From positions 62,001 to 126,000 of the forward strand of contig KZ537967.1 of NCBI GenBank assembly GCA_000934665.2: a stretch of 64,000 nucleotides of DNA, written 5' to 3'. Of the stretch, positions 49,346 to 60,200 are shown one piece after another. The notes beneath the pieces are model-generated. The model saw only the letters and a program-made list of their open reading frames with translations. It searched no databases and was not told where the DNA came from. The number at the start of each line of letters is the position of its first letter. Position 1 is the first letter of the stretch. The DNA comes from Catajapyx aquilonaris (lineage: Eukaryota). The position numbers and the translations under genes were made by a program.

Positions 49346-52300
49346 TTGCAAACTTACCAAAAACAGGAGCAATCTGAAGGTCATTTAGTCGAAAATAGCG
49401 TGGACCTCGAGCGTGTGCATTACCTGACATGAATATTCTCGCTTGGACTACAAATAGCCTTTACAGTATTTACCCTCACCATTTACTTCTGAGGACAGCG
49501 TTGTTTTAATTGTCACGTGAAATTGGACTCCTTCTTCCAGTTCTATCCCCCCCTTCCTCCTCCTCCTTCTCTCTCTCTCCCCCTCCAGCTTTTCTTATCT
49601 CCACACGCAAGCCGAGACATTTCCAGGGAAGTGGAAAAGAGACGAGGCCTTGCGTTTATCTGGGGGCCTTTGGGAGGCTCGTATCGTAGCCACGGCACTA
49701 CGGGATTTGGACTCTTGGCCTATTGTATTAGCCTTGCAAGAAAAGGCAGGGGGGTGACAAAAAAAAATTATTATAAAAGCAGGGTGGTATAGAACACTTG
49801 GCTATTCAGTACGAAACTGTGTGTATCTCGAGCCCAAGTTGAACTCTTAGCATTGCGAGGGAATGACTTGCTTGGCGGCACCTTGCTGAATTCGTTACCG
49901 GGTATTATGACTACGGGGGTTTTGTGTACACGTGTTTGGCGGAGTTTGCGGATTAGCAAACATTCATGCCTAATTGCAAAACTGAGAGTATAAAACGACG
50001 TTTAGTGCAAGCCGGTTTGAGGAGAGATGCAGGTGGCTTACTCATGAGAAGTACAATTGTTTAGAGGGAAAGTCCAAACAGATGACGATGAAATTGCAAA
50101 TATGTCGAGAAAAGCCCTACACAGTATAAGGCAGCAATAAAAATAGTTCGTAGCGGATACTACCGCAGTTGCATGGCTTCTCATTAAGTAAAAGTGGATT
50201 AGTACAGTCCAACCCCATATTATTATGCCTGGAAGCATCATGAAGTTTCACTACATTTTTTTTCTCGTCCTATGTTTCACGACTGTTGGTGTATACAGGG
50301 GGCAGCGGCCAATATGAAACCACGGGGCAAAGCACAGATGGACTGCCGACAGTTCTCGGTTAGTTGCCTCGTAAAGGTCACAATACGAGATTACAAGCTC
50401 CACAAAAGCTGCATCAAGCTCTTGCTACCAAACTCCATTACACTTCGTAAACTTTCATTCCGGATTCCTCCAGTAAATGGGGCAGGAGGTTCAAATTGCA
50501 ACACTTGCCCACCAGGCACATCTGAGCGAAAAAAAGGGACGCATATGCTCCAAAAATTACCCCAAAAATCATCAAATCGAAGCAGCTCAGAAAATTTGCT
50601 GAAAACACTTTCAATTTAAATGAAAAATTAGCTGTACTTTCACAAATATTGGTGTGTTTCAGGAAAATGATTTATTGACAGAATTATTGGAGCTTTTGCT
50701 CAAGTTTTAAATACACACAAAACAATAGTTGCGTCTTACTCATGCTTACAGGAATACTCATATAGTGAGGAGGAAGAAATAATTAAGTCTGTCATTTGCA
50801 CCATTTTCAACGAGGTGCCTCAGGCCCTTGCAACTTCGTAGTCACCATGTACTTAGTCCAAATTATATTTTTTTTGTCGGGCTTCAAAAAGGAGGCGGAA
50901 TTTTTTTTGTTTCATTTTCGGCTGTGCCAAAGGGCACGTTGCACACAGTAAAGGGTTATTGCCCCCCTTCTGCCGTCTTCTTCGCATTTAGCATATCATT
51001 TTCCGAGGGGAAACCTCTGCCATTCAGAAATTAATATTTTTGCATTCTGAGCGAAATGCTGTTGTTTAAAAGTATTATATCGGGCTGCTTTGAAAAGGTC
51101 GGTTGGAATTTGACGAGCGCAAACAAACAACCACTGCTGATTGAAAGATAATAGAATATGCAAAGCTACAATAATAAAAAAACTGGTATTCAAAACATTG
51201 CCCCGCTTGTTATTGAAAAACAACAAAAATTATTGCAGATTCCAACTCTAAGCTGGATTTGCTCACTTTGTGCTGTTAAAATTCAGCTTTCAATTGTATA
51301 AAAAAAATCATTTTTCAATTAAAAATCCCAGTTAACAAGTACATAGAAAGCCAATAATTTTTATCAGAGCTGATTGGCTGCCTGTAATTGTAATTGCTAT
51401 TTTGCATAGCTACCGATTTTTTCAAATTTTTCTCCTTGAAATTGTGTTCATATTTTAAACTAATTTTGAGAGCGAGATTTATTGCTCCAGAACATTCGTG
51501 CACTGGGGCCATTTCAGCAAAACCGGGAGCATGGAATGAGCACAACTTGCAATTCCCTTTCGAACCCAAGCGATATTTACGAGGCGGTGAGAATCATTCG
51601 CTGCTTCCATGCTCCCCCAAAAAAAAACTCGCAAGAGGGCCTTTAATGATTTTTTTTCTCTTTAAAAACCAGGGTGAAATCTTCTTCTGTTCCGCACGGG
51701 AGGTGGGCCAAAACTCACCCCCACACTTTTTCTCAAAAAAATAGGATTCTCGCCATTTTCCTTTTCAGCAAGAGCCTCGGACCGCCCAGAATAAATTGAA
51801 GAAGACTTGTAAAAGCTAGGGCTAGCCTCCACCCCCCAAAAAAACGTGAGATCGACGTCCTTTTGTCCGTTTTTTTTTTCATCCCCCCGGCTACTGACCA
51901 GAAATGAAAAGAAATCGCTTCGGATAGTTAGTCCAGCCCCCCCTGAAAATCCACCATCGGAAAATAGCAGTTTGGCTGAGAGCAGATGGTCCTAATGACG
52001 TTAGGCCGTTGTGTCAGATGCGAATTGGCGCAGATTTAAAGAGCTTTAAACGCGGCAGGCTTCTCTTCGTTTAAATGGGAATCCCAGGGGAGCAAATAAT
52101 TTATGGAGCCGAAACAAGGGCCTAATTCCCTCGGCTGAGAACAACGAACTGGCAGCACACCAGCCCCGGAATTCCAGGTTTGGTTCAGGAGGGGGGGACT
52201 CCTTTCAGTATTTCTGAATGAAAATAATTGGGGAAAATTATTAGAGAAAATGTGATCAAAATATTTCATCCATTTTCCCGCCCACCAGAGGCGCTGTTGT

Positions 52301-53517
52301 CCCATTGCGCAGGCGTAGAACGACGGCCAATCCTAAGCGTTGCGGTTACAATATACAGCGGGATTTGCCTCGTAAAGCGAATTATTTTAATATTATACCG
52401 GTAGATACATTTTAAACCCATTAATCTTGCTGACACACTGATTAGAAGCCTTCAGATAGTGCAAGCCTTTGAAATAATTTATTGGGGAGGATAATCCGGT
52501 TTTGAACAATACAATCCGGACTATTGATAATATTCTCAGCTTTATCGATATTTTTTTCATGGAATTTACATGCTAAAGGCATGTTTTCTTCAATTCCTCC
52601 TGAAGAACTAGCGTTATCGACATTGTTTTTTTTGTGCACAAGAAAATGCAGGGGTTTTTGAGACTATGGAATCTGCGGGAGTCGATTCACCTGCTCTCAA
52701 TCTCCTGGAAAGCTCTTCCTCCTCTCCGAGCATTTCTGCCCGGTTTTCCAACCCAAACTCCGGGCAGCTGACTATCGATCCTATGCTTTCCAGCCCGGAT
52801 CGTAATTTCACCCTAAGAAATTACAAACGCGGCAGCTTGTCATTAGGTTTTCCGACCGGCTAACCAGAGAGCCTTGTGATATAAGAAAGTCCTTTGTGTC
52901 GAGGAATCAACAATCCGGTTTACCAAGTAGGGGTATACACAGCAGAAAGTGATGACGCTGATTTTTTGGGGGTTTAAAAGAAAAAGATCGATTTTTTAAA
53001 AGTCGAGTTAAGCTAATTGATACCTCAGAGGAGGAGCTACTTCTTCATGCAAAGATAACCACAGATCGAGTCAAACTTTTTGAAGCGAAAAAAAAAAGTT
53101 CAACAACTTTGGGGGGTCTAATCTGATACTCCCACTTTGTGGAGACCAGGCGAGACAGCTTCCAACTAGTGATTGGCTGCGACGAGTCTTTTCAAGATGC
53201 CACTTGGGTTCTGTCAACCATTTTTCAAGATGTCACTTGCTGATTGGGATGCTCCGGAAATTTGGTGGGGTGGGAATGCACATCGGTGAGATTTAACCAT
53301 TAAATTGAAGGCAGATTGAATCAAAAACCATGCCTGTACATGGCACGAGTCTGAAGCTGTGAAGCCTACTACATAATGTTGAACTACGAATAATGTCAAA
53401 ACATTTATCAACCATATTTCAAGTATATTTTAAAAAATGTTTGAACACATTCGTTATAACAATGTGTTTGCTTGTGTCGTAATGAGATTAATCTAAAGAA
53501 GTATTTTAATTTTTTTT

Positions 53518-53527
53518 AAAAAAAAAA
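53518..53527 (-). terminator. Pol III oligo-dT terminator of the minus-strand tRNA
   Basis: A10 on + strand (T10 on -), 6 nt downstream of the tRNA 3' end. Confidence 0.7.
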
Positions 53528-53533
53528 CGAAGC

Positions 53534-53605
53534 TAGCAGAGCGTGGTTTCGATCCACGGACCTCTGGGTTATGGGCCCAGCACGCTTCCACTGCGCCACT
53601 CTGCT
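53534..53605 (-). tRNA. tRNA-iMet: Initiator tRNA-Met (anticodon CAT)
   Basis: Exact reverse complement of the 53729-53800 copy. Confidence 0.97.
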
Positions 53606-53728
53606 CCTCTTGTGTAGACTAGCTCTTAGATTTGCAGTCAAGATGCAATAATTGAACACATTCGTTATAACAATGTGTTCAATTATTGCATCTTGACTGC
53701 AAATCTAAGAGCTAGTCTACACAAGAGG

Positions 53729-53800
53729 AGCAGAGTGGCGCAGTGGAAGCGTGCTGGGCCCATAACCCAGAGGTCCGTGGATCGAAACCACGCTCTGCTA
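53729..53800 (+). tRNA. tRNA-iMet: Initiator tRNA-Met (anticodon CAT)
   Basis: AGCAGAGTGGCGCAGTGGAAGCGTGCTGGGCCCATAACCCAGAGGTCCGTGGATCGAAACCACGCTCTGCTA; A1:U72 pair, three G:C pairs in the anticodon stem, ATCG in the T-loop instead of TTCG: eukaryotic initiator hallmarks. Confidence 0.97.
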
Positions 53801-53806
53801 GCTTCG

Positions 53807-53814
53807 TTTTTTTT
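53807..53814 (+). terminator. Pol III oligo-dT terminator of the plus-strand tRNA
   Basis: T8 run 6 nt after the tRNA 3' end. Confidence 0.7.
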
Positions 53815-54560
53815 AAAAAAATAAAATAAAATACTCCTTTAAGATTAATCTCATTACGACACAAGCAAACAGGTAGTGCTTCACGAATTACTTTGCTTTT
53901 GTCGTAGATGTCGCGTCAAAGACAAGGTTTGCTTTGTGTCTAAAAGTGTGCATAGTTTATTCATGTCAAAGAGGACGGCATTTTCTTCTAATGTATACGG
54001 TATGAAGTGTGCATTAAAAGAAGCTTAAAAAATGCAAGTCTCAGTCCTGCTCATTTCCTAAATATTTTCATAAAAAGCAAGCTTCTATTCCACTCATCTC
54101 TCGAGAACTCCGCCAAAAAAAATTCCAGATAAGATATACATTTTTCACCTATACCAAAAGTCTGGCCTTGTTCCATTATTTTCCCTTAAAGCAAGAGGAG
54201 ATAAAACTTCAAGTTGTGGCCAAGTGTACAATATCAAACGCATTCCTAGAACGTTTAGTTTATGACGTTTTATGTGCATTGCTTTTGAGTTTCAACTGCA
54301 AATGACCGGTTCATTTGGAGCTATTATGTGAGCTTATATTTTATTCGCGACGTAGTGTTGGCGTTGCTATTGCTAATTAGCAGCGTTTCACGCACTGCCG
54401 AATTGAACGGTTGGATTAGAAATATTAATGAACACCATTTCGTGACTCATTTCCGCAACAAATATTGAACAATTTGAAACGTTACATGCATAATGTACGG
54501 TTAGGAAATATGAAAGGAATATGAGATGACATCGTGCAAATTACGTTTGATCTCCGTCAT

Positions 54561-54761
54561 GGTATCCCGACTTTTCGCCCCCGCCGTTTCGCCCCCGGAC
54601 TTTTAGCCCCCTGCATATTGGCCCCCGTGACATAGTCCACTTTGAAGCATTCGGCTGGGCATTTCTAGAGAAGTGACCTGGCCTTGTGTGTCTTGGGGAT
54701 GCAGCGTAGCGTGGGAGAAATTGTCACGGGGGCCAATATGCCGGGGGCTAAAAGTCCGGGA
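54561..54761. mobile_element. MITE-like element with ~39-bp inverted repeats and TTT(C/A)GCCCCC subterminal repeats
   Basis: CCCGGACTTTTAGCCCCCTGCATATTGGCCCCCGTGACA (54594-54632) vs TGTCACGGGGGCCAATATGCCGGGGGCTAAAAGTCCGGG (54722-54760), 1 mismatch. Confidence 0.75.
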
Positions 54762-56965
54762 GGCCTCAGTCATACAACGTCCAACTAAAACCAAGCTCAG
54801 TGACACGAGTCCTACAATTTGTTCCCAATTCGACAACACAAACACACAAACAAGAGCATTCAACTCTTTCCAATTTCACGAGTCAACAACGCCATTGATT
54901 TTGATTGCATGTGTTCTGTGGAAGCTTGTACCACATTTATTTTATGTCTTTAACTTTTTTGCCATTTCAGATAAGGTTTTTTTTCCCAATACCTACACGT
55001 GGATGCATAGAACCTGGGAGCGAATAAAATATTTCTTGTCACGCTATGGGTAATAGCAATCTTGCGTCCACCTTTTGCGATTGTCAAGTTCAATTAAGGC
55101 TTCTAATCTGGAAAAGTTTTATAGGCGGTACTTGGCATACCATTCATTTCACCCCTGATTTATGTGAAGCGAAGGAGTAAAAAAGAGAGCTTGCCCCGAG
55201 CTATATAGGAAGAGAGCTAGAAGGGAGAAAAAAGAGTTACGACAGTTACATTAGCAAAGGAGATTAAAGCCAATATTGCGACGCCTTTGATGTAGTCGTA
55301 AAAATCGCCGCGAAACCTCTCTCCTCTGGGCTACATGATTACTTGACATTTTACATGGAATGAAAAAAAGATCGATCTATTTCGATCCTCCCTGTAGTCT
55401 TTAATGAGATCAGTCAAACACATGCAACCCCCCTCCAAAAGTCTTATGATGCAAAGGTGGAAAAAAGGGCCTCTTTTTCTCACATTGACGTTCATTAAAA
55501 AAGAAGCGCGACAGTCAGTCGAGCGCGTTGAGCTTTAAAAAGGCGCCATTTATACTTCACCTCGGCAGGTTTTTTAAGAGGCAACGACTAATGAACCCAT
55601 CAGACCGGTAGGGGCTTCAAAGGGGAAAAAGGTGTGGGCATGCGTCAAAAGTTCAGGAATCATCAACACCTTTGGTAAAATTCGTGCAATTTTGGACACA
55701 GTCTGAGGCGATGCAACTGTCGTAGGCTCTCTGTAAGCCCCCAACGAATAGCGTTGGAAATACGTGCAGCACTTTTATACTTGTTTACCAGATATTGATA
55801 ATGCCAACCGTGCACTCTGCGCCAATTGTACTGCGCACTCGGTTTCGCTTTTTAAAAATTCTTCTAGAACATCACACCTGTGTTCAACGCTGATAGGGTG
55901 TTTTCCAAAATGGGCTGTCAGGACACAGACCGTGCTTTGCTGGCATGACGTCCGTTTCAAGCTCCAGCTCTAATCTAATCGCCAGAGGAGGAAGTTCATT
56001 TGGGCAGCAGCCTTTCCCTCCGTTTAGACCACCTACCTACTCTTTCGGGGTTGTCGCCTAATTTCTTGGTGACAACCTCAAGGGGGTCTTGGTCCTGTTC
56101 ATGTGCTGCCGCTACTCAAACCATGACGGCCTGACATAGTGTAACTACGTTTGGAAACGTGATTTTGTATGCAAAATGCCTCTCAACACGGGGAAGGCCA
56201 GTCATGTTTCATTAGAACTGAAAGTCAGGCCATTAAAGCAGTGGTGACGTACTCTCTGGAAATCTTAGCGGCCGCTTCTGAATGCCGCAAAATTAGTTAC
56301 TGCGGGTTGTGTGGGGACATACAGTGTGCACCATTGTGGGTGACACTCATTAGAAATTGTACCCTCATGCCGGAGACAGGGTGTGTCATAACAATTCAAA
56401 CGTGAGGATGTGCTCTTGAGCCCTATAGAATCACTTTCACATACTAATGTTGAGATGTCAACTTTACTTCCTAATAATTAATATACGGTAATATATTAAA
56501 TTGCAAGCAATTCAGTAGTGTCAAATATGAGCATTGAATAAGAAAATTATTTACTACTAGTACTTTGACATGTTGCAAATCACCAGCTACAGCAAAATGT
56601 AGAAATATCTGAACAGCAAGCACACACCAGCAACAATGGTGATATTCCAGATGCAAATTTAATAAAGTTAATTAAAATTTTATTTGAAACACATGTGATA
56701 TGAAATAATATTGTGATTGCATGTCATTACACGATTTCACTGCGCAGGTTTGAAACGTAAATATTTTCTGTTCCTGACATAACTCGTAAAATGAAACTCA
56801 AAAGCCCCCCCCCCCCACATCATTCGAGCCTAGTAGGCACTAATTAAAATTACAATGAATTCAGTACATCAGGAAAACTGCATTTTCGCATCATGTTACA
56901 AGGTCACCAAGGTTAACTGTGACCTTCGAAGGCATCCCTACAGTTTATTGTAACGCTATACTTAC

Positions 56966-57250
56966 AGCCGTGGTTTCAAGCTCGCGAGAACGACCTTTTT
57001 GGATTGAGCGAGAATTATTAGCTTGAGCGAGAATTGAAGCTTGTGCGAGAATTGTTAGCTTGAGCGAGAATTGTTAGCTTGAGCGAGAATTGTTAGCTTG
57101 AGCGAGAAGCCATGTACCAATAAAGTTAGAGAATTCGCTTCTCGCGAGAACGAAAATATTTATAGCGTGAGCGAGAAGCTGCGGACCAATGATCTTAGAG
57201 AATTTTCTCGCTCTCGCCACGACCTATTCTCGCTCGCTTGTGAACACACC
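56966..57250. mobile_element. MITE-like element with an internal 19-bp tandem array (TTGAGCGAGAATTGTTAGC x~5.5 at 57004-57110)
   Basis: The tandem array is read directly; ends GTGGTTTCAAGCTCGCGAGAA / TTCTCGCTCGCTTGTGAACAC form an imperfect IR; GCGAGAA motif flips orientation toward the right end. Confidence 0.6.
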
Positions 57251-60200
57251 TTAACTAATCGCCCCTGCAACATCACCTAATGAATTATCACCCGGTCTGA
57301 AATGAGCTTAATTAGAGAGTCGTAATTGCCTTGTCGAAACCCAAATCCAAGGCAGTGCGAATAAAAGGAGTCCACCAACCCGCGTTTTCTCCTCTTATCT
57401 CACAAGCCCTCTCTTCTCGAAGTGCATAATTTTATTTTCGCGAATCTTACTTGCCGACGACGCCTGTTAAGTGCTTTTCTTCCTGGAGGTCTGCGACACC
57501 AGTTCCAAGCTAACTGAATTTCTGTTTGTTCTTGTCGCCTTGCAAAAACAAGCCAGTGAGTTTCCTCTCAGAAACTGTGCAAAATTTCTCCTCAAGACTT
57601 GAAGCTGGTCCGAATCAAGTCAGCAAAACGAAGAAACACTCTCATAATAATTGTCTATCTCCCAGAAAATTAAAAGCAAAAAAAATAAGTCGATTGTAAA
57701 CAAAAAGGGACAATTTTCACCCGACCTGATAAGAAAATGGAAAATTTTGCCGACCTCGTTAAAGAAAGTGCAAAGGAGTCATTAACATGCTAATGTTTTG
57801 TAAATCCAACCTCCATTCTGCATGTTTCGTCCCTATTTTCTTTTTTGCCCTGGCGACGCTCCACGACGCCTCCAAACGCAGGTGTGAATTATAATGGCAT
57901 CGGAGTACTTGGAACCCAAGATGAGTAAATCAGCTAACTAACTAAAAGTAATTGCTGAAACGCATTAGAAACGGATGAATTTTTGTACAAACGCAACCGA
58001 GTGCGCACCACAGTTTGTGCAGCGTGCACTGTTAGAATTATCAGTGATAGTGCACTTAATTCCAACGCTAGGTTAGGGAGGGGGAACAAAATGGCAGACG
58101 TTTGAGACGTCTCTGGAACGAACCTCAGAGGCTGCGAATTTAATTAATTAATTAATTAATCATCTCGTATTCCCTTATGGATGGTTTTTAATATTCATCT
58201 ACACAAAAGTTTCTTACATTGTTCTTTTTTGTTGACATTGTTTACTCATACTGTTGTGCGAGGGTATTTCCATGGAAACCCTGATCGTCGTTTCGTTTTC
58301 CGCTCTTTATTAATAAAAATTTATTTATTTATTTATTGGTCCCTGGGGACATTGTTGTCAGAACAATGTAGGTGCGCACTGTATAAATCTTCTCTTAGAC
58401 GCGAATAATTTTTCTACCACCTTTCAAGTGCGACTTTTCCTGAGACATGGCACTGAAAGGTAACAGACATATCGATTGTGTCCACTTATATATATATATA
58501 TAAAAGAAGTAAGAAGCAAGCGACATCAACAACAGGAATCAAATTCAATATATCTCCTGCATTTGACGCTTTAATGGTCCTGTCACCAGAATCCTCCCCA
58601 ATCGAAGAGATACACAGATGTTGTGATTGGCCACGATGCCTTTTCCATGCCATTGTTTTTACTTAAAGGACATCAGAAGCAGAATGAACTTTAACCGCTG
58701 CGTTAGATGAAAACAAATTAAATGAAAGGGGGAAAAAAGAGAGAGACCTTATAAGAACCCTGTAGACAACCAGGAAGAGGCTTCAACAATTGATCCCACT
58801 TTCTCCCCAAGAATTAAATTGGGGCCCGTCAGTGCAGTATATAACAAGTCTCACGCAATACGTCGCGAAAAAAAAAATGGGCGGAGCCACGGGGGGAAAA
58901 AATAGGGGGGAAAAGAGGCAGGAATTTTTTTCCAGAGAGAAAATCTGAGACAAGAATTTCTCTCTCTCTTTTTTCTGTGAGTGCGCGTAATGGGAGGAGT
59001 TCCAACAAAGGTCTCTGGATTTGCAGATTCTTCAGCTTAACGATGGAAGTCTGGGAGGGGCCTTGAGTGCGGAGTGGGCACAAGTGGCTCCGCCTTGAGA
59101 AGACAAAACTACGGGGGCCTTTTCCAGCAGCCCGGAAATAATGGCTGATGCTCTGTTGCGAACCAAGCTTCTCTCGCGAATTTCTCTCTCTCTCTCTTTT
59201 CGCAACGTGCAAAAAAAAGAAGTGGGAGATACAAGGTGATTCAACAGAACAGACACGTTCATTACAGTAATATAGCTGTTTTTTTCATGAAGCTGAAAGT
59301 ATTCTGTTGCTATTGTAGCAGTTAAAATAGCAGCTACGTTATATGTTCCAAAATACAGAATTTCCGGCGCAGTTTTTATTTTGTCCGAAAAATAATAGTG
59401 ATAATAATAAACTTTGAGAAAGAAATGGCAAATCATATCTTTGATCAAGATAGACTGTCTAATCAGGATTTCACTATACTGAGGTAAAAAAAATTGTTCC
59501 AATAATAATTGATATAATAATTAACAGTAATTATCAAACCTTGATACAAAAATCTGTATAGTCAATAGTATGCAGCAGACATTATAAAAATTGATGGAAT
59601 TGAAAACGCTTAAAAACACAAGTATACTGTAATAATGATCCGATTTATGAATTCACTTAGTTGTACGTACATCTTAATTAAGCTCACTTTGTGCTTAAGT
59701 GCCATAAATTACATACCGTATACAATGGTTAAGAATTTCTCTTCGAGTGTATAAAAATCCCGGAACAGTTTGAACTTCTGTCATACTTTTTTCTGCTCCA
59801 GCGCAAAGGGTAGCAGCTCCTTTCAACTATTAAAATAACCTAATACTTTCTGTTATAACTGAAACACATATATAAAGAAGCGATTTTTGGCAGAATAGTT
59901 CCTTTCTTTTTGGATCACACTGTAGCTACCATGTCGTGCAATATTGCAGGCTATTCCTTGCACAAACAGTGCTCTAACCTTGAGCCAATACTAGATTCGC
60001 TCACCAGATCAATTGTTGAGGAAAAAAAGGCAAATCCCAGAACAATCGCGGATTTATATGGGGAAGGGAGGAAAAGCAGCGCCTGTTTTTCTTCTCTCGT
60101 TGGTTGGAGGGGGGGGGGGGGGAAAGATTCCGTTTCATAACCTAGAAAACGCGAACATTTCGCAGGGAATCGGCTGAATAAGAATGACGGGGGCTTTTAC

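Larger units (their letters stand above)
53465..53871. repeat. ~400-bp inverted duplication (palindrome) centred at 53667/53668
   Basis: TGTTTGCTTGTGTCGTAATGAGATTAATC... at the left end and ...GATTAATCTCATTACGACACAAGCAAACA at the right end; inner arms identical; centre is the hairpin AACACATT-C-GTTATAAC-AATGTGTT. Confidence 0.95.
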
